Source: an uncultured virus (IMG/VR IMGVR_UViG_3300050581_000229)
Lineage: Duplodnaviria > Heunggongvirae > Uroviricota > Caudoviricetes
Strand: one strand, 5' to 3'
DNA: 64,000 nucleotides
IMG/VR virus record: IMGVR_UViG_3300050581_000229
Below, in pieces: positions 39,201-48,596 of the stretch. The notes beneath the pieces were generated by a model. That model was not told the DNA's origin. It worked only from the letters and a program-made list of their open reading frames with translations, and did not search any database. Numbering within the stretch: the stretch's first letter is position 1; the number at the start of each line of letters is the position of its first letter. The translations under genes and the position numbers were made by a program.

Positions 39201-41343
39201 AAGCCAGACACTAACCAATGCCACCAGAATTGCCCGCGCAATGGGTAACTTCAGCGTTGCAGGTGGGATTAGCAGGCTCAGTACCCAGAAGAAGGCTGGC
39301 AAGACGCTCTCGGGGCAACAACTCGCGCAGGGCGCAACCAACATGGATGTCCTGGGCGCGGATAACTTGCGCTCCACGCTTATCTCTGGCGGCTTCTCCG
39401 AGAATCAGATCAGCAACATCCTATCGAATTGGGATGAATCTAGTGGACGGACGGCTACCACAACCGATGCTGCCGCGCTGCAAATGGTGGCTCGTGCCGC
39501 GCAGGGCGATTCCACTGCGATTACGATGGGAAATGCGAGTGGGATGTTTAACTCTGGCTCTCCATTCGCAAACTCCACGATAGCTTCGATGAAGCCGATG
39601 ATGGACATCACCACTGGCTTCAACCTGTTCGAGCGCAGCATGTACGGTTTGAACGGGTACAGTATGCCCTCGCGCACGCAGATCGGGAGCTACTTTGCCG
39701 GTGTTTCGTCACAACGGGCTGGCGCACTATCAAGTGCAACAACCTTCCAGGGGATTGATACCTGGGCACGGCTTGGGCAGTCCTCTATCGGCCAGGGCTA
39801 TCAGCAGCAGATCATCTCCGCCGCGAACGGTAGCTCATACGGCTACGGCGGCATCGCCGGTCTTGAGACCTTAAGCGACTCGTTCCAATACTCGGTTCAG
39901 GATAGGCTCTATAACGCCGGGCAAGCGCTCCAAAAGAAGGAGAGCCAGGTTCAACACGCCTTCACCGTCAACACCGAGCAGCCGCAACAACTGATCTCCA
40001 TCCTGATGGACTACGCCTCCAAGATGGGTGGCACGGTCAATACCGACTACATGAAGAAGAATGGTATCCCCGCCTACAACGCGGGAGCCGGTTCTATCTC
40101 GTGGGAACGGCAAGACCTCGCGCTTCAGATGGCATCTGCCGCCGCGCAGAACTCGCAGCAGATGACGCAATACGGTTGGCAGCTTGAGGATGTCAACCGC
40201 CAGCAATCACGCCAGAACATCAGGAACGACTGGCAACGGCAGTCCTTCGCTCTGCAAGGGCAGCAGATGGCGGAGAACATCGGCTTCCAGAACTACCAGT
40301 TCCAGTACCAGGCCGGTGAGATGGCTCGCCAGAAGCAATACTACGAAGAGGATTACGCCTACAACCAGCAGGTGCGGCAACTCCAACACAACTGGCAGAA
40401 CCAGGACTACGACCAGTCCATCCGCCGTGCTACAGGCTATGAGCGACAGCAACTCATCCGCGAACGAAACCGCTCCAACCAGCTATACAACCTGGAAACC
40501 GGGCAGAACGAGAAAGAGAAGGATCGGCAAGAGGAATCCTTCACGCGGCAGGAAGAATACTTCAAAAAGCAGGTAGAGCACTACCAGAAGATCACCAAGA
40601 TCGACCAGGAGCAGTTTGCCCTACAGAAGAAGCAATTCGAGCAAGAGGCCAAATGGCGGGATGAGGACTTCGACATCCGGCGCGACCGCATCAAGCAAGA
40701 GATGGGCTGGACGGAGCAAAATTACAACCGCACGATGGAGTCCTACAAGATTCGTCAAGAGCAGTTGGATGCTGAGGCTTCGGCGGCGGAAACCAACTAC
40801 AAGCTCTCGACGACCCGCTTCGAGGCGCAGAGGCAAGAGGAACTGGAACTCTACAAGCTATCGCAGACCTGGATTGGGATGACCCAGCAAGAGCGTGACA
40901 TGGTGCAAACGCTCAACCAGAGTATCCAGGACATGCGTTTGAAGGAACAGGACAGGCTCAAGCAGACCTTCCAGATGGAAGTGAACTTCTGGAACAAAAT
41001 TCTTGCGGCACTTGCAACTGCGACCCAGACCACTTTCAATCCAATAGACTCCGGCGATACATCAGATACCACAAACTCTGACAGCGGAGTCAATGGGCAA
41101 TCGTCGCCTTCGCTCCCAATCCATGACTACCCAGGTCCGGCGTCGGCTGGTCAACCGTACAAGATTGGCACGCAGGAAATTTTCATCCCGAACACGAATG
41201 GGCAAATCATTCCTCTTGGCGGTGCATCCAGCGGCTTCACGATCCAAGTCACGATGCCGAACGGGAAGGTGCTGGCTGAAGCGGTTATGCCGCATCTGCC
41301 AAGCGCAATCAAGCGGAACAGCCGGAGGTCATACAGCAATTGA
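33259..41343 (+). CDS. Tape measure protein with a putative N-terminal two-barrel RNA polymerase domain
   Basis: TMP position; hydrophobic G/A segment, long Q/E/R coiled coil, TMP-type C-terminal GP.SAGQPY.IG..EIFIP...GQIIP; N-terminal GRGWP (R829) and DEDVDK (864-869). Confidence 0.8.
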   Translation: MIISNPELNTELKQWQESLRGKGFGNAQVWLDEFNGSPSIVISPDPGRMNPVRIDKFQHRGDIYSAYGRVFSGAMELPENGKPTPFSPLEDLSMQVKAAIGYAAENWQSSGDAAWQDPSWFQKSFTNSFMALTSGYRAATSPLSSMPQYALDREASTRLVRSSSPNAKSLIQQYATRNSLIQAQDFGDISEPEEAKSNSMSLLSPKGIGNYTLSNWDYQNGQISFYSNKGQKALEGLKLPQRLKLDFRQRAEIQGREPIDSGRYGNFYSSTYRFINPGEQIGSGSAAASPEFLHLRGLGAESTHVQVIPRDMALTDLKLLRPGSYGPGKLALATLDATGQTVDAEATGAQFRTISDVGISLGYGKHVAEQTQNMLRVAEMADEQIDVNGTKYSAWELTNSLASLQRETKPFADALMPTLSRAYNKITGNDATFTFGGVSRGQTGIRFTQRLGYDNLANKLDSKIGNYYEQGLSEQLGAQHIDQAFGPDVIKQQRTFLASNILGVFASTDPRFAAAQAYVKQQLYDPIAKTDPSYTPKQFQEDVWGLPQEAISTTMQGMESLLPRDDYGNVIRTRAITMTPEYHGRISRVNQETLDTIAQVSPDLAASFADRSNGTNYAMIAAIQNRGGYDITSALAQETRGLFDPTDPSITPHAQAGIISDWLKNISPDGHDLSREMLTVRQGDKSYSVLPPSVMSQYAEHGGDFFNMWAGIFGPEKYAQYQDYQGRNLATPLEVTRAGRLEQYGGGLQAQDTDELRRGAETFRGTVGGTFSYTSADFVKDNEIIVGPEQVRMFAEQMGETPEEASLIQQKLTERLQDPNAKRLGMIGRGWPGVTDASALTLKYNENVISPTVSRAYQMAHVRDEDVDKSVFLGGFRWDKDKQDFAPLRGMGEFTRNSLPVSAQALTTLWAMGGDRNFSTRAQQLALAHIGNGAEPSVKSGMPLVRARDFTHGFGDISAYNPTIEGFGQKGQNPWAEARQEAIDFATSTGVPGLAKTVAAVTGPASILGRAVGRYNDVHQKMGIWNLQKMLQGALSDDNTINQAFPRYGETLRSTIRNEYGEDAANIASPAHLARESIRRIYQAPLDLIDPTLGSNGSAAQWVEHLGKLQYDATTSPNQRLQGLLTSMTNGGNGSEYVFDPETIGALFGRHGDTTHMQAISEAVTNYRSGDTNALNGLVSMEDSDNASGAQTLIETAQAYQFNEKIANGDVSQVGTDRYEIRSGRNGFIVGQNTIDRYKQLTNTPLYGQIAQMLGKKTKRGLGEFVRGLALSPSARRPMLRAQERLGLTKPFLKADSNGLMTEPADDTPTPPAGAANGPSPRVGNPTASGPTHGGGGSQYGGGSNRPPANNTPDDPFSDMPPDNGDPGVSSNTAAPSGAGNFNVNINSDTFERGIYRAVRDHLTEQAGPKWQGRATRPENVGTFENLVSQIGPNGEFDFESHAQELEGLGYRERGFFRNVSDYYSGKLRASNQRFSARNSAWGMYFREDADLGNPTRGRLRSIAVDMQNGESEYTTRFPSGEQSPSLSAGDKNSIDEFTAKVNEARDALKDNIANIREHTKTIGAAKEVWQKITQSQAGLVEARAQLPDSAATTAEGKAALSSSRRVQAGQNAYETMMRAELKDQGFPDQDINSVFSQSGGRSGKGVLNTLAGHLLSGMAEFQMARGYRATVQPIISAAQGYYQQELTAAGALYQSGGQGKLSDIQGYSARNTLADISTGFGRNANSFVSGITNLVGSGNGSGLGAGLVGTAATVLGPAAGTALIAGALGASAPVVGGLALAAVVGSLASYVSGAQSNPVAAVQYGTTKGASIWNDATGFFADQDYENRQAARKAWRDRQQGIPSGGSGSQQGMSLWENIAAGSSGGTFASPGLANIFGPSASVTYPTPEPYLDQKARDEKIAQANAEIAAKGKWAVSEMSPLAQQATLTGNIPNYIAQTYTIGLDTAKSLTSLVYGVTQGPEAQGALEYLSDVTSRGGDASQTLTNATRIARAMGNFSVAGGISRLSTQKKAGKTLSGQQLAQGATNMDVLGADNLRSTLISGGFSENQISNILSNWDESSGRTATTTDAAALQMVARAAQGDSTAITMGNASGMFNSGSPFANSTIASMKPMMDITTGFNLFERSMYGLNGYSMPSRTQIGSYFAGVSSQRAGALSSATTFQGIDTWARLGQSSIGQGYQQQIISAANGSSYGYGGIAGLETLSDSFQYSVQDRLYNAGQALQKKESQVQHAFTVNTEQPQQLISILMDYASKMGGTVNTDYMKKNGIPAYNAGAGSISWERQDLALQMASAAAQNSQQMTQYGWQLEDVNRQQSRQNIRNDWQRQSFALQGQQMAENIGFQNYQFQYQAGEMARQKQYYEEDYAYNQQVRQLQHNWQNQDYDQSIRRATGYERQQLIRERNRSNQLYNLETGQNEKEKDRQEESFTRQEEYFKKQVEHYQKITKIDQEQFALQKKQFEQEAKWRDEDFDIRRDRIKQEMGWTEQNYNRTMESYKIRQEQLDAEASAAETNYKLSTTRFEAQRQEELELYKLSQTWIGMTQQERDMVQTLNQSIQDMRLKEQDRLKQTFQMEVNFWNKILAALATATQTTFNPIDSGDTSDTTNSDSGVNGQSSPSLPIHDYPGPASAGQPYKIGTQEIFIPNTNGQIIPLGGASSGFTIQVTMPNGKVLAEAVMPHLPSAIKRNSRRSYSN

Positions 41344-41729
41344 ACGCCTACATGCAAATCAAATCGGAGTACGAAGGTGTTTACTACAAGGTAAAGACCC
41401 TCGCCAGTGACTACGCTGAGCCGAATGAGATGAACGCGGACTTCCGGTACACGCTAAACGGCACCCTCTCCATGACATTCGGCGGCTCGCACGATGTGTG
41501 GTCCGGCACGATCAAGATCAGCCCGAACGATGACTCGGATTGCGTGACTGTAGCGAAGCTCAAGGAGTGGACCGAATCTAGCGTCTACACGAAGCGTCAG
41601 CTATGGCTCATCGACCACGACGGCAATGGGCCAATCGCGGTATTTATGACACTTGCAGTTGCCCCGAAATTCCTCGATCCGCTGAAGAAGAATCAGCAAA
41701 TCCCGTTTGAATTGCGGAGGCGAGCATGA
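41340..41729 (+). CDS. Distal tail-like protein
   Basis: Small gene right after the TMP; YTLNGTL. Confidence 0.55.
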   Translation: MNAYMQIKSEYEGVYYKVKTLASDYAEPNEMNADFRYTLNGTLSMTFGGSHDVWSGTIKISPNDDSDCVTVAKLKEWTESSVYTKRQLWLIDHDGNGPIAVFMTLAVAPKFLDPLKKNQQIPFELRRRA

Positions 41730-44700
41730 GCTTCACGCAAGATGAGGGCGTTATCGCCACGCTCGAAGCGCAGGATTCCCGCGCCGTGTGGGGCGAAGTG
41801 CTATCCGAGAACCAGCTTCTACAGTTCTCGGAGGTCGGAAGCATCAGTGATACGGGCACGTGCCCCGGCGTTGCGCGATCTGTCGCGCCCAGCTATCTCG
41901 CCGGGGTAGACTCTTCCGGCGTCCTATATCAAACGGCCTGGAACCCCGAATCGCCGTATTCGTGGACTATCGGTTCCGCCAACTCAAGCAGGAAGCGCCT
42001 GACGACTCAATACCTCACAAGCCTGCATGGGGATTGGGACGGCTATCGGTATTACAGCGCTTGGTTCACATGGGGCGGCAACCCCCAGGTGTACGTCACG
42101 AGCGGCGTTGGCGGACCCTCAACGGCATACGGCCCGCAAATCCCGGTCACGATGGTCAATTCCGCGTCAAAGGTCGTGCGCGTGGACAGCGTGTGCCACA
42201 CCTCGCTTGGGATCGTTGTGGCAATTGGGTACTACAACTTCGGGGCTGTCCTTGCAACGCAACGTTACTGGCTCGTCACCTCAAATAGCGCGCAAGCACT
42301 CAACACGTTCGTTCAAAGCGCACTTACAGATACCTATTCCACCTGGTACGGCGTGAACCCGGAATGGTCTAGCGTGTACGCGCTGGATGATGGCCGGAGC
42401 ATTGAGGTAATCGCCTACGATGGTCATAGGCCCTGGCAATTCCGCGTCACGAACGGGATCGAGAGCCAGCTTGAGATGGTCTACCCCATCGACGACACAC
42501 TATATTCCGACGATTCTCTCCCGGAACCGACTTGCAGGCCAAATGGCGTCTGGAAGATGAACGGCTTGTACTATCTGTGCAACACCGTTACCCGCCCGTT
42601 TACCGATGGAACACAGGTGGAATTTGAGATGTATCAGACATCCGAAGACCTGAAAAACTGGTCTATCGGTGAATACTCAAGTTTCGTGTGCGCCAGCGCT
42701 ATCAACGGGTCTTTGTGCAATGACGGCACGTATGCCTACTGGCTCGGAAGCGGGGTGCTGTATAAAGCCCCGCTCCGCGTCATCGACGGCGTTGGGATCC
42801 CAACCGACGTTTCGGGCAAAATCATTGACGTGACCATCGACCGCGCTGAATCCAGTTCGGACTCGGTATCGGTGGACGCCTTCAACTACCAGCTTGTCAA
42901 TAATCTGTCTGTCGGGAATCTGCTCACGATCAGCGCGGGATACTACTCCGGCGATAGCAGGTACGGCGTTACCCTCGGCAGGTTCGCGGTAGATGAGCAA
43001 CCCGATCCGATCACGCCAGCCGGTAGAAATACAAGCTCAGTGAGCGCGATTGATGTTGGCTCGTGGAAGCTTAAGCAGTGGGCGGCACAGACGGACATAG
43101 ACCGTTGGAGCAGGACGGTCATCCAGTCTACCCTCGGAGATATGTCTGAAATCCTGGTGCAAACGGCGCAGCGGGACGTGCAATTCGGGACCGCGACAGC
43201 CTTTAGCTCTGTGGCTCTTAACGATCCATTTGTCGCCACAACCTCGACACAGGATGGCCGCGATGGGCTCTCCAAGATGACCATGCGGTTCACCAATGAG
43301 GATAGTTACTCTCTCACTTCTGCCGCCATGCTATTTGGCGCGGACACAAACGGGAACGAGAACGCGGTATTAATTCCTCTGGCAAACGGATGGAGCGGGC
43401 ACATCCAGGCATTGCCAAAAGTGATGACGGTCAACACGGGCAACCTATCTCGCGATCCTCACGCGACAGCGATGTGGGAAACGATCAACGCGGACACCAT
43501 CGCGTCCCTCTTCCATGTGCCCAATGCAACAGCGGGGAGCGAGGAATACTACTACTACCCAAGCAGCGCGACGGCCACATCTCCGAACGTGGACTACCAG
43601 TACACGACCCGTGTGAGCGGTAGAAGGGTTCAGCTATATCGCAAGATCGTGGATCACACGCTCAACATGGCCGACAACGCCTGGACGACACCCGTTATGG
43701 AGTATCGCTTTAACGAGACGGCCAGACAGAAGTTTGCCACCGACACGTATTGGGGTTACGGGTGCGGAACCGACGTTCCGGCCTCTGCCGAATGGTTCCG
43801 GCAGGCTTACTACGGCGACATGGAGTTGCAGCTAACCGATGCCGCCGATTCCGCAAACAACTACTCGTCTTACACCGTCATGTTGAAGGGTGACGTATCG
43901 CACAACGATGCCTACGGGAGCGACTATCAATTCCTGATTGGCACGGATGGGACGATGAGCCGAATCGCGGGAAGTACCTTCTCCGATGAGACGCCGATCT
44001 CCTTCTTCCACGCTGGCATGAAGCTATTTATCCCGCCCTGGGGTGTGAAGACGGTCCAGTCTGTTGATAGCAGCGGCAAGACGGTGAAGTTCTCTGACTT
44101 GAGCCTGAGCCATTCTGGGTATTACAACGTGTATGCGCTAGGCCCGACCGACACGTGGGGCACGGCGGACTCCGGGTACTCCAAGACCACCACCGACGAT
44201 GGCTACACCATCTACACCGACACAGGCGCTTCATATACCGATGTGGTTGTTGCCGGAACAGGTTACTTCGTGACGGACGACCAGACAGCCGGTTCGATTC
44301 GCCGCGTGGAGACCAATGGCGTCGATCACACGCTGAAGAGTGGCAACGAGATGTCTGGTGCGGGATGGGACGAGACAAGCCCAGTGAAATACGGCGCAGA
44401 CTCGTGGCGGCTCATTCTCCATCATGGACGTTTCTTCATCGGGAAGCCATCTGACTTCGGGCTCCCATCTCGCGGCTACTTCATCGTCGATGACGAAGTA
44501 ATCCGCTACTACACGTCCGTCGCCTACAAGCGCGGCGACTATGGTGCGCATCTCGCGGCCAATGCAATCTACTGGTGCGAGGTGCCGACGTTCTACTCCA
44601 CGATCAACGGGGCAGCCGCCAGCGCCACATCGTTCACCAATTGGGGCTCTAATCCCGGCAATGGGTTTGGCGACATCGAGGGCGCTCTTGGGGGAACCCT

Positions 44701-46246
44701 CGGCACGACGAATTATGCCAAAGACATGCTGGTGGAGCTTAGCGCGCGGTCATCCTCGACGGACATCACACCCGATGATTCCTCAACTTCATACCACGTA
44801 GACCATGTAGCCAGCGGAACGCTGTACTTGGATAAGCAATATCCGTATGCCATCGATCAGCCGTATCCAAACACGCAAGCGGGCCACGAGAACTCAACAG
44901 ATGGCGCAGTGGCGATTGTCTCTGGCCGTGGGCAACTTGGCACGTCCAAGCTGACCCACGACTCGGACGCAATCGTCTGCTACTACCCGACCGCGTATCC
45001 GTCCACCGACCCGCTGAAATACCTGATTCGTATCTTCAAATATGATGTGTACGCGGGATTGTTCAACTCCGCGCAGGATGATCTCAACTACCTGTGCTCA
45101 CTGGCTGGCACGCGGGGAGTGGGCTTCAGAACCAGAGGTTATTACACCGGCGCACTTAGCTCTACCGTGACAATGGCCGACCAGAACGGGGACAATCTCT
45201 CGCTTTCCGACTTCGTTCTGGACATTAATACTCATCTCTACGCTAGCACATCCGAAGCTCCGCTGCGGATCGCTTTCCGCAATGGCTACCTGCTTGACAT
45301 CGATATGCTGATTGACGCGGCACTCTGTGCCTCTGGGCGGGTTGGAACGATTCGGTTGAGCTTGCAGAATACCGCGAGCGGGATCAATGGAACGACGAAG
45401 TACCTGGACCGCGTTCCGGTGATGGTTGCGGATGCGGATATTTCCGGCACCTACAGCAAGGGTACTCATATCGAAGACACATCCAGGAAGTGCAACATTC
45501 GGCTAATCGTGCACGATAACCAGGTGGCAATCGAAGCTGACGGCTGTAACGTGTGGACCTTCAACCTGGATGACTACGACTACACGGATAGCTCCGGCAC
45601 AACGGTATCGAATAAGCTGACTTCCCCCGGCCCGATCAGCATCGCGTGCGGCGAAGCGCCAACCGTAACCGCGACAATTTCGGAACTCTGCGACGAGATC
45701 GAGAACCATGTGATCGATATGGGGCAGACAGGCACGGATGCGCTGAGTTGGATTACCGAAGACCGCCATATCTTCTCCCGCACAACGCCGGAAGGAGGGT
45801 TGTACTTTGCTCGTTGGTTCACCCGCGACAGCAAAGGCACAATCGACTCCCAGATATACGCGGACGAGAAAGATTACACGCAAACGGAACCGATTGGGCA
45901 TATCTGCGCTTCCGGCGCGGAGTTTGGGGAATACATCGACGAAGCCTGGATGCAGCAATATGGCTATCGCTTCGGCCTGAGCCAGAACCGGCTTCTGAGC
46001 ACGGTGCAGGATTCAAAGGATGAGGCGAAGTTACTCGTAACTCTCTCCAAGCAATACGCAAGGCAATCCAAGACAACGCTAGGAACCCGCCTGCTGATAC
46101 ATCCTGGGGATAAGTTCACATGCACGTATGGAACGCCAGGCGGCGATACGGTGTATCAGCCTCCCCAGGATTACATCGCGACATCGCAGCATATAGAGAT
46201 TAGCGAGAACGCCCTGGCGGAAGAGTGTGATGCGAGGGAAGCATGA
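41726..46246 (+). CDS. Large tail tip / baseplate hub protein
   Basis: 1506 aa, beta-rich and S/T/Y-rich; hub-like GYY..LGRF.VD and C-terminal QYG.R...HPGD. Confidence 0.7.
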   Translation: MSFTQDEGVIATLEAQDSRAVWGEVLSENQLLQFSEVGSISDTGTCPGVARSVAPSYLAGVDSSGVLYQTAWNPESPYSWTIGSANSSRKRLTTQYLTSLHGDWDGYRYYSAWFTWGGNPQVYVTSGVGGPSTAYGPQIPVTMVNSASKVVRVDSVCHTSLGIVVAIGYYNFGAVLATQRYWLVTSNSAQALNTFVQSALTDTYSTWYGVNPEWSSVYALDDGRSIEVIAYDGHRPWQFRVTNGIESQLEMVYPIDDTLYSDDSLPEPTCRPNGVWKMNGLYYLCNTVTRPFTDGTQVEFEMYQTSEDLKNWSIGEYSSFVCASAINGSLCNDGTYAYWLGSGVLYKAPLRVIDGVGIPTDVSGKIIDVTIDRAESSSDSVSVDAFNYQLVNNLSVGNLLTISAGYYSGDSRYGVTLGRFAVDEQPDPITPAGRNTSSVSAIDVGSWKLKQWAAQTDIDRWSRTVIQSTLGDMSEILVQTAQRDVQFGTATAFSSVALNDPFVATTSTQDGRDGLSKMTMRFTNEDSYSLTSAAMLFGADTNGNENAVLIPLANGWSGHIQALPKVMTVNTGNLSRDPHATAMWETINADTIASLFHVPNATAGSEEYYYYPSSATATSPNVDYQYTTRVSGRRVQLYRKIVDHTLNMADNAWTTPVMEYRFNETARQKFATDTYWGYGCGTDVPASAEWFRQAYYGDMELQLTDAADSANNYSSYTVMLKGDVSHNDAYGSDYQFLIGTDGTMSRIAGSTFSDETPISFFHAGMKLFIPPWGVKTVQSVDSSGKTVKFSDLSLSHSGYYNVYALGPTDTWGTADSGYSKTTTDDGYTIYTDTGASYTDVVVAGTGYFVTDDQTAGSIRRVETNGVDHTLKSGNEMSGAGWDETSPVKYGADSWRLILHHGRFFIGKPSDFGLPSRGYFIVDDEVIRYYTSVAYKRGDYGAHLAANAIYWCEVPTFYSTINGAAASATSFTNWGSNPGNGFGDIEGALGGTLGTTNYAKDMLVELSARSSSTDITPDDSSTSYHVDHVASGTLYLDKQYPYAIDQPYPNTQAGHENSTDGAVAIVSGRGQLGTSKLTHDSDAIVCYYPTAYPSTDPLKYLIRIFKYDVYAGLFNSAQDDLNYLCSLAGTRGVGFRTRGYYTGALSSTVTMADQNGDNLSLSDFVLDINTHLYASTSEAPLRIAFRNGYLLDIDMLIDAALCASGRVGTIRLSLQNTASGINGTTKYLDRVPVMVADADISGTYSKGTHIEDTSRKCNIRLIVHDNQVAIEADGCNVWTFNLDDYDYTDSSGTTVSNKLTSPGPISIACGEAPTVTATISELCDEIENHVIDMGQTGTDALSWITEDRHIFSRTTPEGGLYFARWFTRDSKGTIDSQIYADEKDYTQTEPIGHICASGAEFGEYIDEAWMQQYGYRFGLSQNRLLSTVQDSKDEAKLLVTLSKQYARQSKTTLGTRLLIHPGDKFTCTYGTPGGDTVYQPPQDYIATSQHIEISENALAEECDAREA

Positions 46247-48576
46247 ATATAGGAAATCCGGTTACTGTTTATAACGCCGTCAACGACAAGCGTTCAAACC
46301 TGCGCGTAGCGAAGGTCGCGAGTGTCGGCAAGGGCACAGTCGATGTGCGAGTAGTTGGATCGATGACCACCCGCTACGACGTTCCCCTGGCTGGCGGCGG
46401 AACCCCCGCGAAAGGGAGCACCGTATACCTCAAAAAGGAAGGCAACCAGTGGTTCGCCTACGCGAGTCAGGGCGGAGTTGGGGTAACGCAGTATGTTTCC
46501 GGCAGCGTCGGAAACACGTCGCTCCCGCTACAGCACGCGAGGACTCACGCGGTCGGCGGCACGGACTACTTAAGCCCATCCGCAATCGGGGCGGCGACTC
46601 CAAGCGACATCACCACCGCGATTTCCACGCATCTTGCGGACACCGACCCCCATACGCAATATGCCAATGAGACGCGCTTTGGCGAGTGGTTTGCTGGACA
46701 ACAGCACAACAGCCTATTGGGGCTAACAACCGGCGACCCTCACACGCAGTACCTTACGCCTGGTCGTGGAGATGAAAGGTATCTCAAACTATCTGGTGGC
46801 ACGTTAGCTGGTGCTCTATCCGCGCCAGGCTTCTTCCCGACAGAACCAGATACCTATGACCTGGGGAGCGATGAAAATCGGTTCCGCAGTCTGCACGTTG
46901 CTTCCATCGATATGACGCTCTTCAAGGAAGAGACCGCGCAACTGTTCGGTGGATACCTCATCGTGCCAAAGGGAACCGGGAGCCTGGCCGCCGACACGTC
47001 GTTGGCGACCGCCACGTTCCCAGGCCAGCCGTGGGTGCCATCCGGGCAGACGGAACCAGTGATGGACTTCGGGCAATCGATGACCGTTGGCGACATTGTG
47101 CTCATGCGTGGCAAGGATTCCAGCGGCTCGTTCCGAAGCGAGTTTGTGCGCGTTGGGGATGTAATTAGCGGGACGGTGTACCAGATCACGCACGATTTGA
47201 TGGGCGCTGGAACAGCATCGGCATGGTCATCTGGGACACCCTATGCAATCCTCGGCCGGGATGACGACGGCTGGATCGAACTGCAATCCTACGACACCCC
47301 GCGCTTCTCGGTGTTTACCCTGGATAACGCCAGCGGAACGCCCACAATCTCCGAGCGCATCAGAATAGGCGACCTGAATGGCTGGGACACCGCTGGCACC
47401 ACGCGCTACGGCATTGGGATCGGCGACTATGCTGCCGGGAACTACTTGCGCTATGAGCCCACTGACGGCCTTATCGTGAAAGGCGGAGACGGCAATGTCT
47501 CAATCGACCCATCCGGCATCGCGGTCTCGACTATCACCTCGTCCGACTACCACAAGGCCGCCTATATGTTCGGCTCGCCAAGCGACCCGGTTGGCTACAT
47601 GCAGTATTACATCGACGAGGTAGCCAGCGGGTATCCCGCCTTCTTGCAGATATTCCAGAAGAACTCGTCCGTCGGCGGCATCTGGCTGCGCTCCTATTCG
47701 CCCAACGCGAGCACCAGCACATACGATGATGAAGCCTCACTGGTCATTAGCCCCGATGGATCGATTACCCTTGGCGGACCGTATTACAGAAGCGGGATTG
47801 GTGCTGCATACGCCTGGAACAGCTACTATGCCAAGTTCACCTTCGACTCGACGACCATCAAAGGCACGCTCAACGTCCAAGACGGCAGCGAATACTACAC
47901 GTCCAGCGGGCGATCTTCAAGTGGCGGGATCAACGTTGGCACTGCTACCGGCGCAGGAACGGGACAAATTAAGGCGAGTGGTAATGTGTTCGCAAGCGGA
48001 TTGAACCTGGGGACCGCGATTGATGCGGCGGCGGGAGAACTGAAAGCATCTGGTAGCGGGTCTTTCGCCGGGGGTGTCAATATCGGGACCGCTTCGGGCG
48101 CTGGCACAGGACAAATTAAGGCGAGTGGCGACGTGTTTGCAGCAGGTAAGAATACCGGGGTTCAAGCTCAGATTCTAGATAATCATGTGTTCTATATAAC
48201 ACAAGCAATAGGCTTGACGACAAGTTGGCAAGTCATAACTGGGTTATCTACTTCCCATACGCCCGCCACTAATGAAATCGCTGAGGTAACAATACTCTTG
48301 TCGATTGCGCAACACGCTGGTGCGGCAGCTTGCCAGAACAACGATCAGCTTGTCGGAGCATTCTCTTTGTACTATGACTCGGCTGACCACTATTCTGATA
48401 GTAAAGGATCGTGGGCCACCGGAGGTATTGGAACAGTATGCATACTTATTAAAGCATATGCACTTCTGACGTCCGGCAAAACATATACGATTCGTGCTGT
48501 TGCTAAGAATGCCACCGGCGCGAGAGGGCTTGTAGATTGGGCATCATGGATGGATGTTAAGTATCGCGCAGCTTAA
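46243..48576 (+). CDS. Tail fibre / receptor-binding protein
   Basis: HARTHAVGGTD, two DPHTQY, YLKLSGGTL.G.L, RIGDLNG, three ~24-aa repeats. Confidence 0.8.
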   Translation: MNIGNPVTVYNAVNDKRSNLRVAKVASVGKGTVDVRVVGSMTTRYDVPLAGGGTPAKGSTVYLKKEGNQWFAYASQGGVGVTQYVSGSVGNTSLPLQHARTHAVGGTDYLSPSAIGAATPSDITTAISTHLADTDPHTQYANETRFGEWFAGQQHNSLLGLTTGDPHTQYLTPGRGDERYLKLSGGTLAGALSAPGFFPTEPDTYDLGSDENRFRSLHVASIDMTLFKEETAQLFGGYLIVPKGTGSLAADTSLATATFPGQPWVPSGQTEPVMDFGQSMTVGDIVLMRGKDSSGSFRSEFVRVGDVISGTVYQITHDLMGAGTASAWSSGTPYAILGRDDDGWIELQSYDTPRFSVFTLDNASGTPTISERIRIGDLNGWDTAGTTRYGIGIGDYAAGNYLRYEPTDGLIVKGGDGNVSIDPSGIAVSTITSSDYHKAAYMFGSPSDPVGYMQYYIDEVASGYPAFLQIFQKNSSVGGIWLRSYSPNASTSTYDDEASLVISPDGSITLGGPYYRSGIGAAYAWNSYYAKFTFDSTTIKGTLNVQDGSEYYTSSGRSSSGGINVGTATGAGTGQIKASGNVFASGLNLGTAIDAAAGELKASGSGSFAGGVNIGTASGAGTGQIKASGDVFAAGKNTGVQAQILDNHVFYITQAIGLTTSWQVITGLSTSHTPATNEIAEVTILLSIAQHAGAAACQNNDQLVGAFSLYYDSADHYSDSKGSWATGGIGTVCILIKAYALLTSGKTYTIRAVAKNATGARGLVDWASWMDVKYRAA

Positions 48577-48596
48577 TGCGTAAAGGATGATGGATC

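Noticed and set aside
40140..41000. Apparent nucleotide periodicity in the TMP 3' region
   Set aside because: Explained by the Q/E/R-rich coiled-coil coding sequence.
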